A stretch of 64,000 nucleotides of DNA, taken from NCBI GenBank assembly GCA_965112735.1, contig OZ218964.1, positions 992,001 through 1,056,000 on the forward strand, read 5' to 3'. Below are positions 36,396-50,730 of the stretch, in pieces (position 1 is the first letter of the stretch; the number at the start of each line of letters is the position of its first letter). This DNA is from Phaeosaccion multiseriatum (taxonomy: Eukaryota; Protista; Ochrophyta, other classes). The position numbers were made by a program, and so were the translations under genes. Under the pieces are notes generated by a model that did no database searches, was not told where the DNA came from, and worked only from the letters and a program-made list of their open reading frames with translations.

Positions 36396-38639
36396 GAGTT
36401 CGGTGTGTACGGGGAAAGGGGGAGAAGCAAGAGTATGTATGTAGCGATCGATACATGGGAGAGACTTGTTGATTTTTCACGGGCAGCAAAGAAAAAGAGA
36501 CCGGCCCCTCCCTCCCTCCCCCACGCCTTGAATATGACTGCCAGTCTACAAGTACAGTAAGACTCACCGCAGAGGAATCGTCCCCCGTTGGTAGGCAGGG
36601 CTCGTCATCGCAGCAAGTCAGGCCACTGAAGAAGTTGGGCCCACCGCACGTTCCCCCCGAGATGATGCATCCCGCCGGCTGAAGCGTTGCTCCTTCGGTA
36701 TCGCAGGCACTGAGAAGCCTCGCACCGCCCCAGTTCACGCGGTCGTAGACGGGGCTATCGAGGCCGTCGCAAACGAGTCTGAGCTCCGTTGTGGATTGCC
36801 CAATGGGCACCTCGACCTCCCACACCCTGTTTGGGGAGCTGAAGTCGCCAGTAGCGCCCAGGATGGGAGACTCGTAGTTACCGTTACAAAGCCCATTCAC
36901 GCACACCTCGCACTGCACCGAAGCGGCCTGTCCCGCGTACGAGTCGTCTACGCCGACGGTGGCGATGAACGAGCCTCCTCTGTAGTCTGCGACGTTAAGG
37001 TCGAGGTCCAGCGGGGCCTGGGTGCCGAGGCCCTTGGTGTAGAGCTGGCCTGCAATGCTAATCTCGTCGCCGTCTCCGGTCGCCACCCCTCCATTGGACT
37101 GGTCAAACTCAATCGGCCCCTGTCCATTCTCGGAACGGACAATCAGCTCCGGTCGGTCCGAAACAAAGTTTTCAAACTCCGGTGTGCAGATGGGCGCGTC
37201 GCCGGGGCACACCACGTCGCTGAAGTCGTAAGAAGGGTCATCCAACGGACCCTGACCGGCGCCGACCACATTGGTCACCACAATCACACCCTCGTCGGAG
37301 TGCTCCAGCACGTGGCAGTGGGCCACCACAGGGCCGGTGTAACGGTCGAATTCCATAACGGTGACGGCCACTCCGACGGCTGCAACGTTGTCGATCCAGT
37401 CACCCGGTTGGTGCCAGTTGGGCACCTTGATGGAGTCGGTGGTCATGGCCTGCACCTGGAAGTGGTTCTGTGTGGGAGGCAGGAGACAGCATGAGACAAG
37501 AGGCAAAAGAGAGAAGAGAAGAAAGAGAGTGAGAAAAAGCGGAGGTCGAGAGGAGAGTGGTGGATAGCTGCGGGCCACCCAGGCCTAAGCGAAGGCACAC
37601 GGAGGAAGGCAAGGCACAGTATTTGACTTGTGTAGTCCGTCACACCACTGAGTACGTATGCTTACTTACCACGTGCATGTGGAAGGGGTGGGCCTCCGTT
37701 CCGCCAACGCTGTGGTGGCGAGAGGAGAAGAAGGGCAGGGAGGGAGGCAGAAGGAGAGAAAAGAGAGAAAGCGCGGCGAGGAGGCGATTTAAGTCAAACG
37801 AAACAGGCCACTAGAATAATACGCACACACACACACACACACACACTCCAAGCACGCAACTATGCATGCACACGCACACGCACACGCAAAACAAAACGAT
37901 ACTCTCCTCACCTGATGGTGTATCTGCGGCCGCGCACGAAAGTGGCTCCGGCGAGGTAAGTGTTAAAGTCGCTAAACAGCTCTCCGTTAATGTCGGCACG
38001 GACATCAAAGTCAAAGAAGTTTGTGGCGGGCTGGGTGTAAACGTCCTGTAGATAGCGAGAGCGGCAGGGCATCCACTCCGGCAGGGGCGCACCCAGCGCT
38101 CCGGGCCCGTCGACACTCAGATCCATAATGGGTATCCTTTGACCGGACCCAAGTTCGCCCGGCTCCAACAGGATGCGGTAGGTACCCCTCCTGCAGGAGA
38201 TGGCGATATCCACGCGGCTGGACATGGTGAAGAAGAGGTGTGTCTCTCCCTCCTCGTCGGGCTCCAGAACGCGAGGAAGCTGTGCGTTGCGTAGGCGTGG
38301 TGTGGGGGGTAGTGTGGTCGGTAGATAGGTAGGTAGGTAGGTAGGAAGGAGGGAGTGGTGGGATACGTGAAGAGGGGATTGGGGCGGGGAAGGACAAGGC
38401 GGGGGATAAGTGGGTGGGTGGGGAAGTGTGGCACAAACAAGAGGCGTGGGAGGCAAGCGAGAAAGAGGAAAAGAGTGGCACCCGACACCCTGTACTTGAC
38501 CCGCCTTTTTTCCTTACATCGCTGAGGTAGATTCCGTCCTTGGCCAGCAACTCGACATTGCATCTCGAAGAGCTCGGGATTGAGATGTGAGCACTCTCCT
38601 CGTGGCCAATGAAGAGGAAGCGCAGCCTGAGTTCAGGGA

Positions 38640-38681
<42 letters not shown>

Positions 38682-40491
38682 CAGGCAATAGGGTGGGACG
38701 GAGGGGTGAGCAAATAGAATGAGACAGGAGAGAAAGGCAGAGAACGAAAGGGGGAGAGAAAGACGAGACGGAGAGAGAGCACCGGTTGGTCTCTCTGCCT
38801 ACCCTCCGGCGCATCGCTGGTACCCTCCCTCCCACCAACTTACGCACCTCTTGCGCTCGTTGACGCCGAGCGTCTCGGAGATAGGGGCCGCGCCCGTGGT
38901 GGTCTTAACAAGGTTTCCGTTGACCATGTAGAACGTGTCCAGCGTGTTGGAGTACCACAAGTCGTCGCTAGAGAGGGTGGCCACCCGATTTGTGCTGTGG
39001 GTGGACGGATGGCAGTGGATGGATGGGTGGTGGAGGGATGTAAGTTGTAAGGGCATGACGAAGAGGTGTCTGGCGGAGCCCAAAAACAAGGGGAGTTATA
39101 TGGGAAGGAAACACAAGTTGCCTCTGAGCCTGCCCATCCACAGCCATCCTGCTTCCTCCTTGACCTCACGTACGCACGCACACACACACGCACCCACACA
39201 CACACGCACCCACGCACACACGCAACGCATACACACACGCAACACACGCAAACACACCTTTCCGGGATGAACTCCTGCATAACGATCATCTCATCATTTG
39301 CGTCAAGGTCCAAGTATTCCGTCGGCTTACTCTGACCCTCCACCAAAGGATTGTCCTCGATGATGAGCGCACCGGCAGCTCCGGCACCAGTCTGGAGGGC
39401 CACCGAGCCGTGGTGATGTGTGTGGTACCAGAAGGTGCCGCCCGAGTGGTCGCACGGAATGCGGTAAATGTATTCGAAGCTCTCACCAGGGTCAATGCGG
39501 ATAGACGGATCGTCAGCAGGGGAGACGCCGCTGATGTGGATGCCGTGGGTGTGTAAGTTGATGGTCAAAGGGTCGTGGAAGGTGTTGAGAGGGCCGGTCG
39601 GGTTGGTGCCCTGTAGGATGAGATAGAGAGGGGTGGGTGGGAGAGAGAGCGAGAGCGAGAGAGTAACTTGAGTATGGAGGTACACACAAGCGGTGGCTCT
39701 AAAAAACAATCCGCCGAGACATGCTACACTAACGGGCCCCCCTGCGCTATGCCCTTCTCAACCCCCCTCTCTTCCCCCTCCCTCCCAACTCACTCACTCA
39801 CTCACTCACTCACCGACAAGTTGTTGACAAGCGTGAGTCTGTACGTCTGGCATGCCTCCATGCGGATGGTGGGCCCTGGGATGAGTCCATCAAAGGCGCG
39901 GGTGGTGATGAGCGTGTCTGTGGCATCGTCGTAGAAGCTCACTTCCTCCATCGTCATGGTCGCAGAGTATTCTCCGCCAAACTGGCCCCCGGCGCTGAAG
40001 GTCCATCCGACGTCCCCGGAGTTGGGGGGCTGTGATTTCATGTGAGGGAGGTGAGGCAGAGGTGTGAGGTGAGCCCCGCTGTCGCCCGTGTGTCGTGTCG
40101 GTTCTCCTTACGTAATCTCCTCAAGTGACCAAGTTCTACCTAAGTCAATTTAGTACGTACCGGCTGTGCGCTCATGTCGATGGCGTCCTTGCACTTTTGG
40201 CAAACGGTGTCGGCTCCGCAGTCGGTGGCGGCGGTGATGCCCACACAGCTCGATACCTCGAAGGCAGTAGGGGTCGCGGTGGGCGGGGCCGTCGATGGAG
40301 CCGCAGTGCCGTCTCCTTCGCGCAGGCGGTAAATCCTTGTGGGCCTCTGCAGCAGCAGTTGGTGATACATGCACGTGTACGGGAGAGAGAGAGAGGAGTG
40401 ATGGCGGGGGGTTGAAAAACTGTAGAGTACGAAAGGAGATGGAATGAATGTACTCACTTTGTACGGGGCTCAAGACACGAGAAGCACGAGG

Positions 40492-40564
<73 letters not shown>

Positions 40565-43500
40565 ACGTACCACTTCGCTGACGATGAGCTCCCCGGAGGT
40601 GGGCTCCACTTGCATATCGACAGCCCTCAGCTCGGCCATGAAGCGGGCCCTGCAAGGAGAGAGAGAGAGAGAGAAGGGAGGGTCAGGAGAGGATGAACAT
40701 GTACGATGCCGCCTGGCTAGTCAGGGATAGTGCCGCTGCTCTGTGATAGCTTGTCGGCACTCACTGGGAATAGTCGGGTTCCCCGTTGCCCAGACTGTCG
40801 AAGTAGAACATGCAGCCCTGGAGGATGGCAGCGGATGGAGGAGGAGGAGGAGGAGGAGGAGGAGGAGGAGGGAGCGAGAGGATGAGGCCCCGTCTTTACA
40901 GACCATGGGTCCTACACACGTACACGCACACACACACACACGCAAGCGCCACAGTACCTTAGTGTAGTCACCGAAAAGCAGCTTGTCGCCGTACTTGCTC
41001 GGCAGTGCCCCGCCCGACTCATGCCACAGCACAGAGGTGATGGACGCGCCGTTGCCTCCGCAGCGAAGGGGGTAGTCGGGGTCAACGGCTCCGATACGGT
41101 ACTGGAACTTGGGCTGAACAAAGCCTCCGCCGTACACGGGGTCGCAGAGGGTGTATTCCTGTGTTGTTGTTGTTGTTGTAGCAGTCGGGCAGTTGAGAGG
41201 AAGGATGCGGTGGGAAGAATAAAAACAAAAAATACACAAAAATGTAATACGTTCCCAACCCCCTTCCTCCCTTATCCTCCTCCCTTTCTTAAGGTGATAG
41301 AAATAAGTCAATAAATACACGAGAATTGCCCCCCTTCCTTTTCTAACCCTGGTTTTTGCCTCACTCACGTTGTCCTCCAAGTAAGCCTGCCTAGTGGCGC
41401 TGATGATGGCGTTGGAGAGCCCCATGGACCCACCCTCCAGGCAAGGCCAGCCAAAGTTGGGCGTTGTCCCGGTGGCCAGCGGGTTGGGCAGGTGGTTCAC
41501 CTCTTCTGCCCAGTCAGAGGCCACGTCTGAGTTGGCATGATACAAGGACGACAAACGTGTGAGGCATGGGGGATGGGGGGGATTGACTGGTCAGGGGGGC
41601 ACAAGAGGAGGGAGACGCGGGGGTGAAAACCGTTAACCTATACTTGAACCGCTGAACCGTTAACCTATACTTGACAACCGTTAACCTCTACTTGTATGGG
41701 CTCACCTCCGAAGTAGATGCTGCCGTCGGGGGCGCTCACTGCTCGGAAAGGATTTCGCACACCCTTTCCTATGATCTGCATCGCCGCCGGACAAGCACAA
41801 AAGAGAAGATCAAAAGTGGATCATCGTAAGGGCGCGCCTCTTCCTTCCACCAAAGAACAACTTGAGCCTTCCACCAAAGAACAACTGAGCTTTCCACCAA
41901 AGAACACACCTCGAAGTCAGCCCCGGATCCAAGCTCCCCAATGGTACCGAGCACAGCGTCTCCTCGATAGTTTGCGGGCGTAATGCGGAACATTTTCCCC
42001 AAGAGAATCTCGTCCTGCTGCGCTCGGAAGGCCCCCTGGGGGTTGGGGTAGGTTGAACCCGGCAGCTCATTGGGGCACTCGTCGTTGGGTGACTGACCGG
42101 CGTCGTTGGAGTCGTAATCCGCGCCGTCTCCAACTGTGAGCATGAAGCTGCCGTCGGAGAGGGGGACAATGCTGCCCGGGGCGTGCGTGGTGGACATGGA
42201 GCATAGGGTGCCATCGCCGATGAGGGTCTGGTCCCAGCCGCTGATGCGGGGAAGAGGGGGAGGGAGAGAAGGGGAGGCGGGGGGGGGGGTGAGAAGGTAA
42301 CTCGGACACACAAACACACGGACAGAGAACAGCGCACACACGCGCCCACGCCCTCGCTGATGCTTACGTTGAGGTGATTCTGTTGGTGGCGGCATCGTAA
42401 TCCAGGTTTATTCTCCTGAACTGTCCGTAGTGCTTGCACTTGCGCCCCGAGTCCGTGTACTGCCATCCATCACAGGGAGAGCCAAGAGGGAGGGAGGTGC
42501 AAGCAACACGTAAGTCAGCAAGCAGTGGCAGGTGGACGCAAAGAAGCGGTGCCGTCAGCACAGGTCTGTGCAAGACTGGATGCTGCAGCATTTCCCCCGA
42601 CTCATTTACAAATGAATGGGGCCCACTCACCAGACCGATGGCCCCTCCCGGGCATCCCCCCTGGTTCCAGAACTGTTGTTCGTCGGGGGTGGCCAAACTA
42701 TAGCAGCAGCAGCAGCAGCAGCAGCAGCAGTGGAGGAAGAGGGGGGGGGGGCGCTGTCAGTCAAGCAATTCCCCCAATCAAGAACACAAGAAATGATAGC
42801 GACAGGGAGGGCACTTACTCCCACCACGGAGGCGTGCCCGTGATTTTGCCCGAGTAGAAGATGTAGCCATACGGCTGCGCAGGCCAGTCAGGGTCGAAGG
42901 CGAAGGACTGCACGCCCCGATCGTAGAGCTGATACACCTCCGCGCTGAACTCAAACAGGGCTCTGCCCTGGTCGAACCGGTCGTCGATACTGTGTTTTGT
43001 GTGTGTGTATGTGTGTGTGTGTGTGTGACAAGAGTCAGGCATATGATGGATAAATGGAAAGCGAGATGGGATGGTTGGAGACTCGCTGCCTTTGAACGCC
43101 CCTGCTGCGGTGAGTTTAAAACCAGCCAGCCGTGACCCTCCTCCCATTTTTTCTCTCCCTCAAGGCCACTCCGGCAGCAGCAACAGCAGCAGCAGAAGCA
43201 GCACCACCACCAGCAGCAGCAGCAGCAGCCAGGGGGGTCCTCCATGTCTCTGGAGAGTCGCAGCAGCTGCCCTGGTGTACTCGCTTCAATCCCAACTGGG
43301 CTGTTCGTTGGCGTGTGACTGCTCTCGAAACGCCAACCACATCCTCAACGCTGACCCAACACCTACCTATCCATCACCGCGAGGACACCGTTGTGCATGA
43401 CAGCAATCACGTGCCGCCCCGAGTAGCCGGGGGCACCAACAGGGGCGAATTTCAACTGAGCAGGGTGATGGGGAAATTCGGTGAGCAGCAGGGGCAAGGA

Positions 43501-44094
43501 GTATACCGTGCGTGAGTCAGAGAAACAAGTATCAGTAGCAGCAGAGGGTGGTGAAGCGGCGGTGGCAAAGTCATGCACGCGTATCCTGAGACGCTCGCTC
43601 CTAGGCTTGAAGATCCAAGCGTGAAGATCCAAGCGAACAAGGCCCAGAGAGAGAACAAGCACGGTATGACCACTACTGCAAGTGGCGTTAGGAAGCATTG
43701 CCCAAAGGGATGGGACCACAGGCAGGTGCAGCGGACGTCCTCCTCTACCCTCCCATCCCCCGCATATCATCCCCTGAAGGAAGGTCCGCCGCAGGGAAGT
43801 CTCAGTTCCCCCACAGACATCGGTTGCTGTTGTGCAGGGCCCCGTCTTCCGCCCCCCCCCCCCCCCCGCCCCCCGTCAGCCCACACACACCTGAACAATA
43901 TCGTTGCTAGGGTAATTCCACCACACGTCGCTGAAAGTTCGGTCATCCAGATCCCACACCAGCTCAGCCTCCAGCTCGGGCGTAGTGGGGTCCGTGACCA
44001 CTTCGACACCAGTGGCATCCTGGGCCAGGAAAGGTGTCAACAAAAGACATCGCCCAAGCACGGCGAGGAGCGAGTAGAAAAACGCCCCCTTCAT
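35192..44094 (-). CDS. Secreted multidomain oxidoreductase: signal peptide - PQQ-type glucose/sorbosone dehydrogenase (GSDH) beta-propeller - three-domain multicopper oxidase - NPCBM/NEW2 - CBM1-like - 2x CBM4_9 (~1655 aa, 20 exons)
   Basis: Exons 44094-43891, 43455-43367, 42989-42819, 42697-42631, 42459-42368, 42240-41910, 41775-41706, 41526-41369, 41158-40958, 40817-40765, 40649-40571, 40346-40161, 40029-39814, 39610-39258, 38994-38848, 38626-38518, 38279-37912, 37709-37670, 37467-36568, 36325-35192. All 19 introns are GT-AG with matching phases; 4968 nt in total. GSDH motifs: RGVQSFAFDPDW...YIFYS, THAPGSI...TVGDGA, GKMFRI, GVRNPFR, GDVASDWAEEVN, NFGWPCLEG. MCO copper motifs: NLHTHG, WYHTHHHG, HPFHMHV, HCHVLEH. 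Confidence 0.88.
35195..36142 (-). other. Tandem pair of CBM4_9-like modules separated by a Pro/Thr linker
   Basis: LLVNPTFADGLAGW...WHVQLFQ...GEEYTL and NLLVNGDFAASLSDW...WHVQLFQ...GQSYTLS...DFSVDNV. The two copies are clearly homologous. Confidence 0.8.
36712..37167 (-). other. NPCBM/NEW2 (CBM51-like) carbohydrate-binding module
   Basis: FVSD...NGQGPIEFDQSNG...GDG..ISIAGQLYTKGLGTQA...FIATVGVDD...ELRLV...DRVNWGGARL follows the NPCBM consensus. Confidence 0.85.
37270..40000 (-). other. Three-domain multicopper oxidase (exons 13-19)
   Basis: All ten His ligands and the T1 Cys are present (HTH, HTH, HPFHMH, HCHxxxH); also FDGLIPGPTIRM and LLAKDGIYL. Confidence 0.93.
41628..41694. repeat. 3x 19-bp intronic repeat AACCGTTAACCT(A/C)TACTTG
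   Basis: Copies at 41628, 41655 and 41676. Confidence 0.85.
41844..41906. repeat. ~3x 23-24-bp intronic minisatellite (TTCCACCAAAGAACAAC...)
   Basis: Tandem copies next to the donor site at 41909. Confidence 0.85.
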
Positions 44095-45310
44095 TGTATG
44101 CACCTCGAGGGGCACCCCTCTCGGGTTTGTTCTGCTCTAAATGTGGTCTTCTCTGCAACTGTTGGTTGCGGTGGTGCTCGTTGAACCCTGGGCCTCTTAC
44201 CGCATCTCTCGCCCCGACCCTTAACGCTTCTCTCTCTCTCCCCTTCCCCTTTTTTCTTTCTGCTCGCCTTCGCAGCGGCACAGGTGATGGAAGGAAGGCG
44301 CCCTGCTCTGTCAGCAAGGAAGCGCGTCCTGCTCAGCAACTATTGTACGTCTCTCGCACACTGCGCTGCGACCCATATTTTTTGTGGAATTCGAGCTCTG
44401 ACTTCTTAAGGGCTTTTTTTGGTTGGCGCGAAAGGACGAACGGGGGAGAACGGGCGGAGAGGACAAAAGTAAGGGCAAAATCGGGCAAAAGGCAAAGGGA
44501 ATCAGAAGCATCGACACTGGGGGCCGAGATGTGCAGCCAATCGTGCAAAGGAAGAACTCGAAAGATGAGGGTACTTCTGCTAGAGCAGTTATGGGGGGAA
44601 GAGAGAGAGTATGTGAAGAGGGAGAAAGAGAAAGGGCGATTCGAGGGAGGGTGAAAGGAAGGATAGTGGATAGCGGATAGTGCATCGGGGGTAGTGAGAG
44701 CGTGTGCCCGTGGAGCAAGGGTGCATGGAATGCTCTCCAGCAGCAGTGAGCGGCAAGGCGGCTGCTCTTAGCCCATCAACTCATACGTAAGTCGGCAGGA
44801 TGTGTGTGAGTGTGTGAGTGTGTGAGAGTGTGGGTGCGTGTGTGCAGCCCCTTCGGACCTTCGGCCCCATGCAGTCCTAGCTACTACTGCAGGTGTGTGG
44901 GGCCGCCCAAGTAGCCCCGTACCTGGAGGCATGCACTCCTCACAGGGCAGGCGAAGCGGAAACACAACACGAATTGAGTCTACTCCAACTCCTCGCTTTC
45001 AACCGTGTACATTAAAGGCACTCCCGGCAATACCACAGTCCTTTCGGTCCTCTATGGAACAATTCCTTCCAGAGGCCGCCGCAAAGGCGGCCGAGAAATA
45101 GGCCTCTCTCTACGCCGGACGACATTCCAAAATAGGCCTAGGCCGCTAGCTAGGCCGCTAGGCGTGCATATGGCCGAGCCCCTCCCTCCTCCCTCTCTCT
45201 CTCCCTCCCTCCCTCCCTCCCTCGCTCCTCCCCTTTCTCCCTCGCGCACGAGCACGCTTCCGTCCTCACGCACGAGCACACTCACTCACTCAATCAGCCA
45301 CTAACTCAAG

Positions 45311-45531
45311 TGACAGTCTGATCGACCTCGACCCCTGACAGTCTGATCGACCCCTGATGTCGACCCCTGACACGCTATCGCCCACTTTCTCGATAGCGCG
45401 CTATCGGTCCCCGGGGGGGCCGATAGTGGATAGCGCGCCGGCTGGCGCCGGCCGATAGCGGATAGTGCGCCGGCTGGCGCCGGCCGATAGCAGATAGCGC
45501 GCCGCGACCCCTGACACGCTATCCGCTATCG
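45311..45531. repeat. Complex GC-rich repeat/palindrome cluster (CGACCCCTGA x4; 32-bp unit x~3; 11 GATAG/CTATC boxes)
   Basis: CGACCCCTGA at 45329, 45348, 45361, 45505. Unit GGCCGATAGYRGATAGYGCGCCGGCTGGCGCC at 45418, 45450 and 45482 (partial). Perfect palindrome CGATAGCGCGCTATCG at 45391-45406. Confidence 0.85.
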
Positions 45532-46428
45532 TTCCCGCGGTTGTGTATGATGGTTTGATGGTTTGAATGGTTCTCCGGAATTTGAAAATAATTTCAATTT
45601 GCCTTCGCCGTCGTCGGAGCGAATGGCGTTTTATGAACGCGGGCGAGGAGATCGCGAGGAATGAGAAGGAAAATGGTTTAGGACGGGTCGTATGGTGGGG
45701 GATGTTCCCAAAGGTACGTGGCCCAGCCAGATGACAGGGCTTGAAGAGAAAGGGGACGAAGAGGAGCTTTTACATTGCTCCATCCCTCCCATTCCTCCTC
45801 CTTCCTCCTCCCTCCCATTCCTCCTCCTTCCTCCTCCTCCTTTTCCTTTATTGATACTTCTTACATTCTCCATTTCCCTCTTGCTGGGCGGCTGCCTTCG
45901 CAGGTTGGTGAGCGAGCCGATGAGCGAGGACGTCCATCAAGGCAAGGAGAGGCTGGGGGGGCGAAGAGGAGGCTGAGTGCTGTGCAGCGGGGAAGAAAAA
46001 GGCCCCCAGGGTAGCTACCTCTCTGCGGCAAGCAGAGGAGCGGTGAGCCGATGAGCAGCGGCGTTTCCACTAGAGGAGGACCATCAGGAGGGAGAGGAGG
46101 CGCTGCAGGGGCAGGCGTGTTTCCCTCCTATCTCTCCAGCTTGTCCAGGATCGGCATAGACATCGACTCAGGGCCAGGCTCACCAGGTGAGCCACTTTTT
46201 CTCTATTATGTCTGTGGCTGATACAAGATCAAATGTCCTACAGCCCCTCGCCCTGCAGCTCCGAGCTCGTGCGTGGCATCGAGCGAGGAAGCACTCTGCT
46301 GCACGGCCCACCCTGCCCCTCTCCTCCCTACGCTCTCCCGCGCCATCGCCCCTCTGCACCGCCCCCATCATGTAGGCGGCTCTCCCTCCGCAGAGACTCA
46401 GAGCACCTCCTCCCTCCGGCGGCAAAGC

Positions 46429-50382
<3,954 letters not shown>

Positions 50383-50580
50383 AAGAAAAAAGGTTTGGCT
50401 AAAGGGGTGATTGTCAGTGTCCACTTTCGCAAATATTGAGGTCGACTTCGATACACGATAATCGAGACGAAAGTCGCCCTCAATACATGTTTCCTGTTCC
50501 AAGTGGCGGATCCCTGGGCAAGGCATGTCGATGAGCAGCCGAGCGGCGGTGGAGCATGCACCATCCGTGGCTGCCCCTCT

Positions 50581-50730
50581 GGTCATCTGTCATAGAGCTG
50601 CTGGTCATCTGTCATAGAGCTGCTGGTCATCTGTCATAGAGCTGCTGGTCATCCGTCATAGAGCTGCTGGTCATCTGTCATAGAGCTGCTGGTCATCTGT
50701 CATAGAGCTGCTGGTCATCTGTCATATAGC
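50581..50730. repeat. 22-bp tandem repeat (GGTCATCTGTCATAGAGCTGCT) x6 plus a partial copy
   Basis: Units start at 50581, 50603, 50625, 50647 (one T>C change), 50669, 50691 and 50713 (partial); no spacers. Confidence 0.95.

Larger units (their letters stand above)
40330..44020 (-). other. GSDH / PQQ-dependent sugar dehydrogenase beta-propeller domain (exons 1-12 of the large gene)
   Basis: Motifs H-x3-(S/R)-I...GDG, GxRNP, EEVN and NFGWP in the order typical of the soluble quinoprotein glucose dehydrogenase family. Confidence 0.8.

Noticed and set aside
35249-36560. Long plus-strand ORFs (381 aa, 181 aa) opposite the CBM exons
   Set aside because: Antisense shadows of GC-rich coding sequence with no recognisable motifs.
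35192-44094. Bacterial contamination or mis-assembly as the source of the bacterial-like domains
   Set aside because: The gene has 19 GT-AG introns with the same microsatellite style as its neighbours, and one intron carries the dispersed GTATCACCAAC motif.
45311-45531. tRNA or other structured ncRNA gene
   Set aside because: The palindromes come from iterated GATAG/GGCGCC units; I could not identify a cloverleaf, A/B boxes or a poly-T terminator.
50581-50730. CRISPR array
   Set aside because: The units are directly tandem with no unique spacers, there are no cas genes, and the context is eukaryotic.
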